From the human T2T-CHM13v2.0 reference genome, Homo sapiens: a DNA stretch of 64,000 nucleotides. The position numbers and the translations under genes were made by a program. The stretch is from assembly GCF_009914755.1 (NCBI RefSeq), contig NC_060934.1; one strand, written 5' to 3'. Below, piece by piece: positions 13,976 through 29,335 of this stretch (position 1 is the stretch's first letter; every line of letters begins with the position of its first letter). The notes below the pieces were generated by a model, which was not told where the DNA came from, made no database searches, and worked only from the letters and a program-made list of their open reading frames with translations.

Positions 13976-15462
13976 AAAAAGAGCCTATATAGCCAAGATA
14001 ATCCTAAGCGAAAAGAACAAAGCTGGAGGCATCACGCTACCTGACTTCAAACCATACTACAAGGCTACAGTAACCAAAACAGCATGGTACTGGTACCAAA
14101 ACAGATATATAGACCAATGGAACAGAACAGAGGCCTCAGAAATAATGCCACACATCTACAACCATCTGATCTTTGACAAACCTGACAAAAACAAGCAATG
14201 GGGAAAGGATTCCCTATTAAAAAAATGCTGTTGGGAAAACTGGCTAGCCATATGCAGAAAACTGAAACTGGACCCATTCCTTACACCTTATACAAAAATT
14301 ACCTCAAGATGGATTAAAGACTTAAACATAAGACCTAAAACCATACAAACCCTAGAAGAAAACCTTGACAATACCATTCAGAACACAGGCATGGGCAAAG
14401 ACTTCATGACTAAAACACCAAAAGCAATGGCAACAAAAGCCAAATTGACAAAAGGGATCTAACTAAACTAAAGAGCTTCTGCACAGCAAAAGAAACTATC
14501 AACAGAGTGAGCAGGCAACCTACAGAATAGGAGAAAAATTTTGCAATCTATCCATCTGACAAACTGCTAATATCCAGAATCTACAAAGAACTTAAACAAA
14601 TTTACAAGAATAAAACAACCCCATCAAAAACTGGGAAAAGGATATGAACAGACACTTCTCAAAAGAAGACATTTATGAAGCCAATAAACATGAAAAAAAG
14701 CTCATCAACACTGGTCATTAGAGAAATGCAAATCAAAACCATAATGAGATACCATCTCACACGAGTTAGAATGGCAATCATTAAAAAGCCAGGAAACAAC
14801 AGATGCTGGAGAGGATGTGGAGAAATAGGAATGCTTTTACATTGTTGGTGGGAGTGTAAATTAGTTCAACCATTGTGGAAGACAGTGTGGCGATTCCTCA
14901 AGGATCTAAAACCAGAAATACCATTTGACCCAGCAATCCCATTATTGAGTTTATACCCAAATGATTATAAACCATTCTACTATAGACACAAGCACATGTA
15001 TGTTTATTGTGGCACTATTCACAATAGCAAAGACTTGGAACCAACCCAAATGCCCATCATGATAGACTGGATAAAGAAAATGTGGCACATATACACCATG
15101 GAATACTATGCAGCCATAAAAAGGATGAGTTCCTGTCTTTTGCAGGGACATGGATGAAGCTGGAAACCATCATTCTCAGCAAACTAACACAGGAACAGAA
15201 AACCAAACATCGCATGTTCTCACTCATAAGTAGGAGATGAACAATGAGAACACAGGGACACAGGAAGGGGAACATCACACACTGGGGCCTGTCGGGGCAT
15301 GGGGGGCTAGAAGAGGGATAGCATTAGGAGAAATACCTAATGTAGATGACAGGTTGATGGGTGCAGCAAACCACCATGGCACGTGTATGCCTATGTAACA
15401 AACCTGTATGTTCTGCACATGTATCCCAGAACTTAAAGTATAATAAAAAAAGAAAAAAAGAG
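13976..15462 (+). mobile_element. 5'-truncated L1PA (L1PA7/8-like), ORF2 C-terminus plus 3'UTR
   Basis: ORFs 14145-14462 and 14675-15157 translate to L1 ORF2 C-term ([27 protein letters not shown]); 3'UTR and A tail. Confidence 0.97.
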
Positions 15463-15873
15463 AGAAAACTAATAACCTAATTGTTGTGCTTCTAAGTATG
15501 ATCATCAGCTTAGCACACAATACCAGTAGTGGTGGATTAAATGGCAAGCTCAAGCTTAATCTAACTACTGCTAAATCTTCCCCAGACAGCCTTGTCAAAT
15601 GCAATTTGCTCTATGGCAACCCTGCTTGGAAGGTAGCCTCACTTGGAGGCAAAATACCCACTGATGTTAACAAAACTCCCCTTTTAAATAGAAACAAGTG
15701 CAGTGTCGAAAGCAAGAATGATTTTAGTTTGAAAAAATGGGGTTCATGAATCCTTAAACCGTGACTATAGAAGTAAATATTTCTAATGCCGGGGCAACAA
15801 AGGCAAAAGCCAAGGATTGATTGCATATCATTATATAGTATGTCTGTTAATTTTTTTTTATGATTTTCTCTAG

Positions 15874-15910
15874 ATTTAAGGATTCAATATGGACTGCCTC
15901 AAATATAAAG
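15874..15910 (+). ncRNA. Candidate 37-nt internal exon
   Basis: Acceptor ttttttttatgattttctctag| and strong donor AAG|gtaagc. Confidence 0.45.
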
Positions 15911-16519
15911 GTAAGCAATTATTAAGAAAATTACTTCTGAGAAAACAAGCAGCGTCTTTCCTCTATCAAAAGGTTCTCATCTGTTAAACACTCACATATC
16001 TCAGGGCAGATAAGATTTTAGTGGTTGCAGAAAATGAGATGTTACAAGCTAAGATTATTACAAAATCACAGAGCTAGGAGATCATCAGGGGGTCATTTAG
16101 TTTATCTTTCTGTCTACATTCAAAACAGCATCCAAGAGAGAAAACTGTCCATCGTCTTCTTTAAAATTTTTAGCATAAACTGTATTTGAGCCTTCTTAAC
16201 AGCCTTCTTTTTTGTTGTTGTTTTTAATTAGCACTTCATTTCTGAAGGAATTCTGAAAAAAGTAATTTAGGGATTACATCATAGAAACATCAGAACTAAA
16301 TGAGGAGGGCAAAGCTTGCTGAGTTTCATATTCAAAAGAAACAACACCAACAACTGAGATAATGCCATCAGTAACACAGAAGGCCCATGAAGCAATACTA
16401 GACTAGGAGAAACCTGGTGGCCTGGGATAATGGGAAAAGAACATAGATTCAAACTGAGCATTAAAAGGATGAAAAATCAAGAATAAGCAAAATAATTAAG
16501 TATTTATTACATTACTTGC

Positions 16520-16740
16520 AGAAGAGAACATATGGGCCATTTGGGGGCTGACTTGAGTTATATGTTAGGAAGAATTTCTTCAAAGTGAGGAGGGACACTA
16601 AACACTGAAATGAGCTCCCGATGTAGGTGATACAATTTTATCTTTGACGATGATCTTTTCTCAAAGTAAAGGTTCTAATGTTTGAAGTAGTTTAGGCCAA
16701 ATAGTTTACCTGAAGATGGAAGAATGACCTTATTAAACTA
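16520..16740 (+). mobile_element. L3/CR1 3' fragment
   Basis: ttaggaagaatttcttcaaagtgagg...tgaaatgagctccc resembles L3 3' region. Confidence 0.45.
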
Positions 16741-18064
16741 AATCAAAATGACTGAATAAATGCCATTTGGTGTCTGTTATTCTTTAGGATAAAAAATAGT
16801 CATCAGAATTTTCTATCTCCATAACATGAAATATAATACTCCTAATATCTAAAGTGTGTGGTGCAAATCTAAAATATTTTACCTGTGCATCACTAAGTCT
16901 ATAATCAGTTAAGAGTGTTGTCACCCCTCTTTCCAGCAGTTTCAAATACATATATTTAAAACCATTTTCAAATTAGTTGCAGGTAAATAATATAAATGTA
17001 TACTTGGAAACAAAACAATATTTCAATTGACAAAACGTAATAATGGAAACTGGGTTCATGACTAATTACATACTCTGACTAAATCAAGAGATATAAATAG
17101 ACATGAAAGACAACTATCAAACTGCTTGATAAAATAACTATAGTTTCTCTTTGTTTTTCAAATTTCAAGATAAGGAGAATACAATGAATACTTAAGTTCA
17201 CTATGAACAAAATGCCTTTGTGTTTGTCATTCATTTTAAAATCAGACTCCAAAAAATATACATAGCTAAATGATTAGACAAGGTTTTTCTACACATCCAT
17301 CGAGATTGGGGGGTCAGTACAGAACACCCATTTCTTGGGCATGGGATTTGAGTTTAGACTTGTTTAGAGGAAGTAACCAATATGATCAGTGTTTATTCTC
17401 TAGCAGCCAAAGAAATCTCATCTGTTTCTCCTAGTCAGGGCATGTTGCTAGCAGTTGATTCTAGACAGAGACACAAGTTTAGTTGAAAGGACGTCTGTCA
17501 GAACTGAGTTTTAATGTCACCTCTAATTACTTACTGGTTGCAGGAACCTGCAGAAGAGACTTTATTTCTCTGAGGATAGTGGTAAACTGACTGTAATTTC
17601 TTACAAACATTAGTTCTCTTTTCTGTGGGGTAGAGAAGGCATCGTGATGGCATGTATGGGGATGACTGTATTTTTTATAAGCAAATGTGAATAAGAAATG
17701 ACTCATCTCTTGTTCCAGAAATGGAACTTCTACCTCTGTATGTGTGGCTGAGAGCTGTATGATCTTAAAATGACCTCATTGATAACAACCACATTAATTA
17801 AAATGCTTCCTTATAGCAGCATGCCAATATACTAATTTACAATAAAAATATGTCCATCAAGCTAATGAACTATATTGACTGATTGCTGTATTTTTCTCTA
17901 AAGGTATAGATATAGATATAAATCCAGGTATATGGGAAGGAGAATCATAATCAATGAACTGGTTACCAAGTTAGTCTGGGTTCAGAATCAGGGGAATTCG
18001 TCAGAATGTGTAAATGGCTGGTGTTTTTAGGCCATGACAACCTAATGCATTTTTCTCTCACCAG

Positions 18065-18215
18065 GGACACATTTGCTACATGGTCCAGAGACTTGTGTTC
18101 CTGGCCCAGAATCTCCTTGTCCTATCAATTGTTGGAAAGACACTGCCTGCATTTGCCCTTTTGCCTCTCTCTGTTCTGTACTTGCACTATCAAATAAAAA
18201 CAATTTCTAATGGAT
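18065..18215 (+). ncRNA. Candidate 3' terminal exon B
   Basis: Branch point cctaAt (18041), pyrimidine tract ttttctctcaccag|, AATAAA at 18193-18198. Confidence 0.5.
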
Positions 18216-21200
18216 AGGCATGTTTACTCATAAGAGTTTTTAAGTGATGTGTAAACTAAATGCTGAAATTTTAAGCTAAAATGCTACTTATTCGCTTGCA
18301 TGGAAATACTAGGTAATAACTGACTAAGTGCTGTGCTGACTTTATGTGGAAGCAAGATGGAGTTTCAGTAACATTCTCCACGTGCTGTTCTGAAAAATCA
18401 TGAATACCTGATTATACATAAATTCTCTTTGAAAGGGAATACAGTGTTTTTACTTAGCAGGAACAAAATGGTTTTTCAGTTTTTCCATATAAGCATCTCT
18501 CTTCGAAATGTTTCATTTTGGCAAAAGCTAACAGAATAATATATACAAAGATGACCAATGAAAACAGAAACACTGTAATAATGGGTTCTGAGATTACAAA
18601 ACTGAGAACCTGGGAATCAAGCCCAGTTCAACATTTACAATAATGGGATGCTCACTTGCACCTCATGATCTATAAGGGGATGGTGGAAAATGAGGAAGTG
18701 GAAGGGAGGAGTCTTATCTGGTTCTCTGCCCAGTCAGTTCATTGTTGCACTAGAAAGTGATATAAATTCACAGTTCTCTTGTAAGGCTAGGTAAGGACAA
18801 GAAATTCTCAGGGGAAAATGATATATCCAATTTAGAAGCTGCAATATGGGTCAAATAAATATAAATGGGAATAATAAATGCCATCGAAAAAGTCTTGGAC
18901 TAGGAAAAGCCCAGGGGTACTAGATATTGCAACGGTGGCACATAAGGAAAGCAGTAACAGCATTTCATTAGGATATTTTATTACATGGAAGGATTTTTTA
19001 AAGGAGAAAATTTATGTACTTCATATATTTAATTTGTACTCGAATATTTGAAATGCTCCTTTTGACTATATGTATATATATTATATATATATTCTTTTCT
19101 ATTTTTATCACAGAGAGTAAGATCGCTGAAATCTCCATATTTATATTCATATAGTAAAAGCCTTCATTATATAAAAATAATCTCCAATGCCCACTCACAG
19201 GTCAAGTGTATCTAACTCCGAGTTAAGAAACTGTATACTGAAGTACAGCCCCGTCTTGTTCCTTTTATAGCCAGTCTTTATGCAAGAAGTCTGAAACAAA
19301 TATTTCAGTGACATTCCTCTGTAGTAATGCCCCTTGTTTGTTTTAAAGATTCAGTTTTTAAAACTTCTATGCCCAATTAAGTAGACATTGTCCAACAGAC
19401 CCGATAGGAAATCACACATTTAAAAATATTACCTCATAATATGTTGTCTTATTGGTAGATCTAATGTAATGGGTTTTATATTTCACTATATACAAAATTT
19501 TTAATAATAAAAATATTTCCTTTAAATTCACATCAGAGCACTTTCTGGATTTGTAAGTACTTTTTGGTTTCAAAAATACATGTTAAATTTGAGAGAGAAT
19601 TTCTGGATTCAGAAAGAGTTTAATATTTAACACACAAAATGTGTTTTAAATCATCTGCGCCTTTGACAGCTCAGCTAACAAGCCAATCTTTAGACTTTAT
19701 CAGAAACTTTTGCATGTGGAATTAGGGCAGGGACTCCTTGCAATAAATTTTTTAAAATCTTAGCTTCATTGGCTAAATTTAAGAGTCTTGAGATCTGTAA
19801 ATGAAGGAGAATTATATATTATAAATTGTCATGGAAAGAAGGCACGTTTCTAATTAAACAAATTCTGACTTAGAATAAAATGACTGAAATTTTTGGTGCT
19901 TTTTCCTCTCTAAATTGTAGCATTAGAGTAGTAGATTGATATTAGAAGTGTATTAGCTGAGTCAGTGCTTAGGGAGCATTTTGAGATCCTTGGCCTTTAA
20001 GTACCATACACTTTCAAAGAAGCAATTTTACTTATAGCTCAATATAATATAATGCAATATGGAGAAATAATGCCAATGACAGCTTCATGGGGTGTTGCCC
20101 TATTTATGAAACCTTAACATGTCACTTATGTATGGCTGCTTATGCTCCTCCATACAAGCAGCTAAGACAACAATTTTACAGATGCAAAAATTAATAAAGA
20201 AAACAAAAGGAAGAAATGAAGGCAGAAAGTGAAAGAAGAAAGAGACCAAAAAAGATGTCTCATGATCACAAGCTATTCCACAGGCAGAGGCAAATGATAA
20301 GATTTGTTTACTTTTTTCTCACCAAATGTAATTATAAATCACTTGGTTCTTTTTTTACTGTTAATATTGTAAATTCTGTAAATCTCAATACATCTTTTCT
20401 GTCCCAATCCCCAGATGCCATGTGGTCATTTTATAGAAGGACCATTTCTCACCCACATGAACCAAGGTGGTGAAAAAGGGATGGTTGATTTAATACCCTA
20501 ACTCAGAATTTATGTAGATTTAAAAATCTCTGACTTAATGTTGCATTAACTACTGGTGGCTGCTTTACTGCCTTTAAAACATGCATATATAATTGGATAC
20601 TGTAATGCTTTGTGGGTAAAATAAATACCAACTCACACTAAAATAAATATTCTGCATGATGAAGTTCATGTAGACATAAATTAATCATTTACCCGTTAAC
20701 TGATATGCACAGGAAAGAAATAGATCACTTATTAAAGGTTGCCTCATCTATAAAATGGGAAAATAAAATGCCGATATATTTTACAGTGCTGCTGTGAGGA
20801 AAAATGTATAAAATTATTGCTAAGCAGTTTATAAACCATAAAATGCAGTATGAACATTAAATTAATAATATTTGTACTAATTCAGATTCAACACCCTCTG
20901 CATTAAATATATATTTTTGCCTATTGAAGCATACACAAAACTGAGCTGAGGCTTTTTATTTAATTTTTAATGGCGTCTTCAGAATTCTGCAAAGCATCAC
21001 AGAAGTTATTGGCCATGTTAAAACAACTTTTTAGTGGCTTATTCCTACCGTTTCTGAGACAAAGTTCCTGGCTGTTCACATCTCCAACCCCATATTTAAA
21101 GTCTTCTCCCAAAGGGCTTTATGTCTCCACTTGCATAGACATAGTAGTTACAAAGGGAACATGGGTTTGCATTTCTCAATCAAGTGGAAGTTATTAACAT

Positions 21201-22121
21201 GATTTGGTCTTTGTTTTATTCTACATTATAGACTGAGATAAAGAATTAAGGCTAAGTTGGGAGAGAGAGTGGGTATGTTGGGTCTCTGCGTATTGTATCA
21301 AAACGATCTGCAGTGTAAACCCGTGCTGGGACAGTAGCATGGCTGTGAGTCAGCAGGGTCTCAAGGCTATCAAGCTGCTCAAAATGTTGCTGGTTCTAGA
21401 GATAAATCAAGCTTTTGTTTCTCAGCTCGCATCCAGAAATGTCATTCGAGGGCACAAGAGAGAGCTAAGCAACATAGAACATAGTTCCTTTCTTCTTCTA
21501 CTTCTTCTTTTTCTTTTTTTAATAGAGCATTGTTATTTTGAAGAACTACTTATACAAAACCTGTAATCCACTCAGCACATTTTTAACATTGTCAATGTCC
21601 CTTTGATTCTCAATGACAAAACATATCAGACATTCCTCTACTCACTTCCTTTTATAGAGGCCATTAATATAGAAATACCTCCTCTTCTTCTATGATATGA
21701 TAAATGGCTGGCTGGAGATGTCTGAAACACTGCCAAATCTCCCCCTATGTATCATGTGTCACCAGCAATAATAAACAGTGACTAATTTTTGGTCATAAAT
21801 TATATTTATGGCTTCCTTGTCATCAGTAGGTAGGTATTTTCTCGAACCAGGTTCAAGGCTCTAATATTTATGCTAGGAACATGTATGCTAGGAAAAGTGT
21901 GCCTAGGTTCAAAGGAAACTAATCCTCTTTTGTTTTTTTATTTAATTGCTTGTGGAGCTTGTTATTTTCATCTGTATCTACCTTTTTTTGCCTAAGAATT
22001 TACCCAGTGTTTTGATCATGATTCTAATTTATCCCAGTAAATTTACCATTTTGGTGATAACAGTGTCTTGCCCAATAGGAAAAATAATAAGGAAAGGAAT
22101 ATGGCTAAAATGCAAACTTAC

Positions 22122-22190
22122 CTAGTTAAAGTTTATCAATGGTCAAAAAGAAAATACAATGAAACCATGGCCTCCATCTCGTAAGTCTAG
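22122..22190 (-). other. Candidate minus-strand internal exon (69 nt)
   Basis: Minus-strand acceptor TCCCCTTACCCACAG| and donor TAG|GTAAGT. Confidence 0.4.
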
Positions 22191-22324
22191 CTGTGGGTAA
22201 GGGGATCAAAATTTTCCTAAACAAACTATAATAAAGGCAGAACACCAGAATATACAATCACTATATTGCAGAATGGCAAATTATGGCTCTGAGGGAAAAG
22301 AAATGAGGTGAATAAGGGTGCAAT

Positions 22325-22915
22325 TCAACTTCAATTCAATTTAACCAATACCAGGCACTGGAGTACATGGTTGGGATACACTAGTGAAAGTCAACAACAA
22401 TCATTGCCTGCCTGCAGCTTATGTTTTAGATGAGGGAGAAAGACTGTAACAACGAGTGAATTACATCATTTATCAGAAGTTGGCAAGTATCAAAGAGAGA
22501 AATAAATCAGAAAAGGGAACTAGGAAGTGTGGGAAGAGATTACATTTTTAGAGGTAGTTAGTGAAGGTCTTATTGAGAAGGTGAGATTTGAACAAAAGAC
22601 TTCATGGAAGTGAGAGAGCAGGTCGTGGATGTGTGACTGAAGAAAAGTGTCCCAGACAGACTAAACAGCAAGTGAAAAGGTCATAAGGCAGAAACACACT
22701 ATATGTTCTGGCAGGGTGGCTGGAATATAGTAGAATGGGAGAGGGAGGAACCGGAAGGAAGTGAGGTCAGGCAGGTCACTGCTGGCTGACTCTGAGTGAA
22801 ACAGGGAGCCAATGGAGGTTCTGAGTCAAGGAGCAAAATTATATGATTTATACTTTATTGAAAAAAGACTATAGGAGGCAAGGGTGGAAGCAAAGTGATC
22901 AGTTAAATTCATTAA
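22325..22915 (-). mobile_element. L2 LINE fragment
   Basis: ttagtgaaggtcttattgagaaggtgagatttgaac...tctgagtgaaacagggagccaatggaggttctgag typical L2a. Confidence 0.75.
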
Positions 22916-24059
22916 AATTAATAGTTCAACTCTCCGCTTTGCATTAGCTTAATGAATATGAGCAAGACATTAATGATAGGTGATAGTTTAAAATTAAATG
23001 CAAACATATTAGAGTTGTAACTACACAAAGCTAAAACTGGCTGGAAGAGAGAATTCAATACAAAAATCAATAAATGTCCGCTGGACCAATTGGTAAGTTG
23101 AACACATTTTTGACTAAGGTTATGAATATACGATAAAAAAATGATTAAACTTTGGGAACTTCAAGCATTGAATGCTAAGGAATAGATTAAAAATGTCCCT
23201 CCTTAACATTGTCTGGGTTGTGGAATTAAACAATTGTCTATTATGACATTGAGATGCTCTTCTCAGGTACCTTTCAGTCCTTTGCTTATTGAGAGTTTTA
23301 AGTTGGGGAAACATGAGCTAAGCAGAAAGCATACCACCAAGAAAAATGAAGGAACCCAGAGTTTGGATTAATTGTAAATGTTTTATTTTCAAACTTAGAA
23401 CATACGAATGATGGGAACACACATAAAAAGTGGGGTCTTCTCTGGGGAATAAAGAAAAAGGAAAAACCTAAACATTGATGAAAGGTGAATTTAGAATTTA
23501 GCCTTCTACTCAATCTTTCTGGCAGTAGAAATGATTAGGTTATGAAACAGAGCTCTTTCCCATCTCTCCTGAGCTGTTTAAGTTTAGAACAAATTGGGAC
23601 TGAAAAAGTGTCAAATTTCATAGTAGGAATGCCCATTCAAAGAGCCACTTCCCTCTCTGAAGTAGGTTACTACATTCACCTGGGGAAATTTGTAATGGTT
23701 TATAATTAGGTGGCTAATTAAAAAGTGGATTATCAACTATATTAAAATATGCTAGAAAGATGTGTACATTATTCATTCTTTAATTTTGGAAATCTGCCAT
23801 TTCCTTAAAAATATCCTTACTGGGAAATTCTATGTTTGATATGTAAGTTTTCTTTTTTCTTCAGAAATGAATTTTTTTGAAATGAGTCTAAGATTTTTGT
23901 TTATTGAGGTAACAAATGCCATTTGAAGTTTCTCTGTCAGTAAAAAGTACTTAACATCATAGTTATCATTCTTTACAATGAGAAGAGAAGGCTATAATTA
24001 GAACTCCAAGGCAATGCGAGGTCCCCAGAATTACTTTAGGGTCAAAATAATAAAGATGA

Positions 24060-24280
24060 TGAAAATAATAACTGTTTTCATTTACTCACTTCTCATATAT
24101 GCCAAATATTTTGTGTCTCAATTCTCTCAAGAGCCCTACAAGGTAAATTTATGCCTGTTAAACAGATGAAGAAACTGAGTGCAGAGAAATTAGGTAAATT
24201 ATCCAAGGTCACACAGCTTGAAGGTTGTAAAGCTGAAATGCAAACTCACGTCTGACCTCAAAACTCTTGCATTAACCAAG
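24060..24280 (-). mobile_element. MIR
   Basis: acagatgaagaaactgagtgcagagaaattaggtaaattatccaaggtcacacagct. Confidence 0.8.
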
Positions 24281-24535
24281 ATTTTTTCCCCCTTTAAAAT
24301 GGTTTAGCATCAAGTCAAAACTATTTTGATGCATTCAACTGGTTTTGAAATTGATAATATTCATGTATCACATAACCAATTAATCAAGATCTCATATTAA
24401 TCAGACCATATTTCTGAGCCATTTGTCCAAATATTAGCTTATTTTATAAAGTAAAACATGACAATCAGGAGACTCCTGATGCATTACTAACAGCAAAAGT
24501 TAAAAAATTAACAGTCACTTGGTATTATAAGTTAC

Positions 24536-24830
<295 letters not shown>

Positions 24831-25139
24831 TGTAAGTTACTTTTTATTTGTCTTTTTCTATTTCTTCCAATTTCTAAGAAGATTAAATGACTACTTTCTG
24901 AGAAATTAAATGGCGGCCCATGAACTTTGCTATAATCATATCTATGTGCCTTCTAGACTAGTCAAGTATTAAGTGGGTCACTCTACTCCTAAAGGCACCT
25001 ATATATTGGCCACTTCAAGTAGGTAACTTAGCAGATAGGCCTGACTAACTGTACTGGGATGGGCTTGCTGAACTGTTGACAGTACTCAGTACGGATACCA
25101 TTTAGGTGATGTGGAGTTCCTTCTCAAATGACAACAGTA

Positions 25140-25590
25140 ACAACATAATTATACTAAGATTTTTGAGGGTGTATTGTGTATCAGGCATTGTGCTCATTGC
25201 ATATATTACTTCACATTACTCCAGGGTTTCTCAACCTTGATACCATTGATTTTGTTGGCCAGATGACTCTGTTGTTGGGGGCCATCCTATGCATCTAGGG
25301 ATATTAGCAAGCATCCTTGGCCTCCCTAGATACCAGTAGCACACTCAACCCCTCCAATCGTTATAGCCAAAACAATCTCCAGTCATTACCAAATGCCTCC
25401 TGATGGGCAAAATTTCCTCCTATTGGGAACCTCTGTTTTACTTCCTTTATGACTCTAAGAGGCTGATACTGTTAGACTAATATTACTGATGAGGAAATTG
25501 TGACTCCCAGAGACTTATGTAAAATGCCTTTCTCACACATAGTAAGTTACAGGGCTAGAATGCATGTAGACTCTCACTCTTGAACACAAT
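25140..25590 (-). mobile_element. MIR split by MER20
   Basis: gtgtatcaggcattgtgctc before and ctgatgaggaaattgtgactcccagag after the MER20. Confidence 0.55.
25222..25435 (-). mobile_element. MER20 hAT-Charlie MITE
   Basis: TIRs cagggtttctcaacc ... ttgggaacctctg; internal sequence matches recalled MER20. Confidence 0.85.
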
Positions 25591-28500
25591 GACATTGAGG
25601 TTGAAATTCACATGTGAATTTCATGTGCGTTTCATTTGCCCTCTTTCCTCTTCCGCTCCCTTCTTATGGTGGGCATGGAGCAGTGGGAGGGAAAGGCGGT
25701 GCACATGACATAAGGCACAGAACTTTTATTGTTCCATGGTCTTTTAATCGACAGATTAATTCCATTTTAACTGGAATTCTGGAAACTAATGAAAAAAAAT
25801 TACAAGTGCTAGATGGTCTATTCTCAGTGTTCTTGAATCTGTCTGATTTAATTCTAACCAATTAGCATGCCATTATGGAGGAATATTATGTTGGGAATCA
25901 ATATTAAGCTAAATACTAATATTTTATTCAGTATTAAAAATTTATACAAATGGTAATACAAGTGCTTTATCCCTACTTTCTCTAAATGAGAAGAAATGCT
26001 TCCTTAGGGCTATTCCAGTGAAAATGATATCTTCTTAGGAGACTATTGGTATTACACTTTACATAGATCATTGCTTAAATGAATAAATAACAATTAACTG
26101 AATGAAATTTGCTTATTATAAGACATATGATTTTTCAGGGCATCAAAAATTGTTTTTCTTCTTATAGTTATAGTATAATCCCATGTTAAGATGAGAACAA
26201 AAGCACATTATTGTCCAATATTGTTCTATGTAAAAGAATAAAATAAGTGTCATGCTTATCCTGATTTTAGGATATCATTTCTTTCTTTCTTTTTTCCTCT
26301 TGGATACTTTACTCTTTATTGATTCAGATATAATACTAGGCTGGAATTTTTGAATCTAAATGTATTCAGATTTTGCATTTTACATCTTTGCAAAGAGGAA
26401 TACACCTAGATGCACTCTAATACACCTAAACACTGAAATAGGTGAGCATGTAATAACCCCCTAAAGATAGTTTAGTATGGCATGATTTCAAAACTAGATT
26501 TCAAACCTGCTTTCCAAATTGTGCCCCTGGGTACCTTCCCCAATGTCTGGCCTTGCCTTGCTACACAGCATGGACCCTGCAGAGCTTCCCGGCCCCGCCC
26601 TCCTTCTGGCCTGTCCCTCTACTTCTTCCATCTCCTAATTTCAGTATCTTTTTCAAGCTTCCCAGGTAGGATAGCAATGAAAGATTTCCATAGTTTGGAT
26701 CTAATGAAGACGTTTACAATTTTTATCACTTACGTACTTTAATTCCCAACTTCTTGGTCAAATATTTGACAACTACCTGAAAACTATACCACTTAAAATC
26801 TCTCTAACTTTCTGAATTGTTGTACTCTGTTCCTCAGTATTAAAATTAGAAAAGTTTTGCTCCATATTTTTGCTCCAATTGGGTAGGCAAGATCAACCAG
26901 TTAATATGCACGTACCTTGAAAAGGGTGCTTGTAATTCTAAAGGCATATTAGAAGTTAAAAACTGACATGCAAAATCAAAGCAAAAAAATCATTGAATAA
27001 ATTAAGTTAACGGAAACATTAGAGATTGGAAGTCTGTTCAGCATAGTAATCACCATTACAAATAGGAAAATTTAAACTAAAAAAATAACATTTAATGGAT
27101 TGACTTTTCTAAAATATTGAAAGGATTTTATTAATAAGTGTTTTATGCATATGACTATTCTGAATGTTCCTTTAAAAATGAAAGACTACAGCCTTAATGA
27201 GAGATATTATTACATGAACATATTTGAATCTGGCTTATGAAACGTAGGGCTTGAGAATTTGAAATGTGTGCATAAAATGCAAATAGATTTAATTAACTGA
27301 AAACCCATAAGACAGAACTTCTTCAAATAAGCAATTACTTTGGGGACTAATAGTGTAAATAGGATCCTGGTTCATTAGCACAAATACCCATATGAGAGAA
27401 GGATCAGCAAATTTTATTCTTTAAGTTATTTATGCACACATGGTAATATCTCATTAATTTGGGACTTCAATAAATTTAAAATCTTTCGATAATTTGTTCA
27501 TGAGCTGGGTGGACATTTACTTTTGCTTTGTAAATACTTTATTTATAGGTGGATAATATATGGTGTTTTAAACATTTATTTTCAGTCTTATGTACACATT
27601 TTAGACACAGAATAAACAATTTTCAAGGAACCTCAGGCACTTTACAAGTTCCTACATACATCCAATCTATATGCTAATAACAAAATGTTCATATGATTTA
27701 TTATAACAGGTCTCCTTAAGGACTTCTACTTTATTATGATTTGTTGAAGTTACTATATGTAGTTAAAGATAATAAAAGCCACATTTGTTTAAGAGTTATC
27801 TATAATTCAGCTTTCCCACAAATTCAGATATGCCCACCATCTTAATTCTTTGGAATAAATGAAATTTTACAATATTTGCAGCTACACACAGAGAGTTTTC
27901 CTTTTAAATATGCATTAAAACATATAAACATATGAAGAAAAATAAAATACAATGAAGAGTGAAAATAACAAATAATTTTATGGGTGGACAAAGGAGAGTA
28001 AACTGTCCATTTCAAATAATTCTACGTTTTTTAGGCACAATACTCTGGGGAAAAAACTCAATAATGTGGACCTTTTTTCAAAAGCTGATTTTACTCACTT
28101 GGGATGACTCTAGTTCTAATAAGATTTTCTAATTAAAGACATTCAGTGCCCAGGCCAAAAAGGGCGGATGCTCCAAGCTAAGGCATCTGGGAAAAAGAGA
28201 AATGCCACGCACAGCAATCTGGTCATTTCTAAATCTTCCTTGTATATGGCCATGACTTTTCAGAGTCCACATGTCAATTTCCTGTACAAAATGCTACGCA
28301 CTAAAGAATTTTAACTGTGTATAAAGTGGATAGAAGAGTTATGTTATTTTAGTAATCAAAACTCATATGTAGGTCCAAATGACTCAAATTCTAAACCAGA
28401 TAAAATATATTCAAGTAGAATTTATAAAACCCATAATTGAACTAAAAAACGAAATATTTCTATTTTTTGTGAAACATAATGAAGACAATCTAGATATTAT

Positions 28501-28604
28501 TCATAAGTCATGCCATCTTTACACAAGATGCTTTTCCATTTCTTTGTTAAATATTGTAAGAAAGGGGAAAGCCAATTCTGTTACCTAAATTAGTAGTTAC
28601 TTAC

Positions 28605-28705
28605 CATATGAAGGGGGAAAATAAACTTCAATTCCATTTTCATAACTTAGTCAAGAATGCTTGATGAAGAGGCCTCTTTCATGTGCTTCTTGATTATTAT
28701 AAAAC
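28605..28705 (-). other. Candidate minus-strand internal exon (101 nt)
   Basis: Minus-strand acceptor TATCTCTTTCCTAG|G and consensus donor ATG|GTAAGT. Confidence 0.45.
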
Positions 28706-28894
28706 CTAGGAAAGAGATATATACAAGCATGGAATGTTTCACTATCAAGAAGAAAACCACTCAAACAATATTAGTTTCTCATGTCAGTGATTATTTCTCA
28801 TGAGAATGAGAAGTATGCCAGCCAACTACATGCCATTTACAAGTCTCCTAGCTGCTTACAAAAGTTAGAGCAAAGAAGGCTGAAATGACTACTG

Positions 28895-29085
28895 CCTTTG
28901 GAGACAGAATATCTGGGGTCAAATCGCACTCATAGTTTCCATCTGAGTGAACTTTAAGTACTTAACTTCCTGGTGATGCTTCCCTCATCTTCCAGGTGGA
29001 AGTAATAATACCAGTTACTCAGTGGGACTGTTTTGACAGTCAAATGAGATAATGTTTGGAAAGGAATTTAGTTAACAGTAAAATT
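28895..29085 (+). mobile_element. MIR
   Basis: gcctttggagacagaatatctggggtcaaatc...ccctcatcttccaggtggaagtaataatacc. Confidence 0.6.
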
Positions 29086-29164
29086 ATTTATTTATGCCAT
29101 GACTTTCTTTTTACCTTGAGGATTTGAGGTGCTTTCCAAGAAATTAATGAAATATAAATAAAAG

Positions 29165-29196
<32 letters not shown>

Positions 29197-29200
29197 TATA
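29165..29200. repeat. (TA)n microsatellite
   Basis: atatatat run. Confidence 0.9.
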
Positions 29201-29287
29201 GGCCATATATACTGGTCAACACAGTTGAAGTGATTGAAGTTATAATATGGATTTGAATTTCTTGGTAATTTAGGTGAAAGGAAAACG

Positions 29288-29335
29288 AAGTCCTATTCTT
29301 AGGAGAAACCCTGTAAGTCCTATTCTTAGGAGAAA
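29288..29335. repeat. Tandem duplication, period 27
   Basis: aagtcctattcttaggagaaa at 29288-29308 and 29315-29335. Confidence 0.9.

Noticed and set aside
29288-29335. Direct repeats as a CRISPR-like array
   Set aside because: Only two copies with a 6-nt gap in eukaryotic DNA; a simple local duplication.
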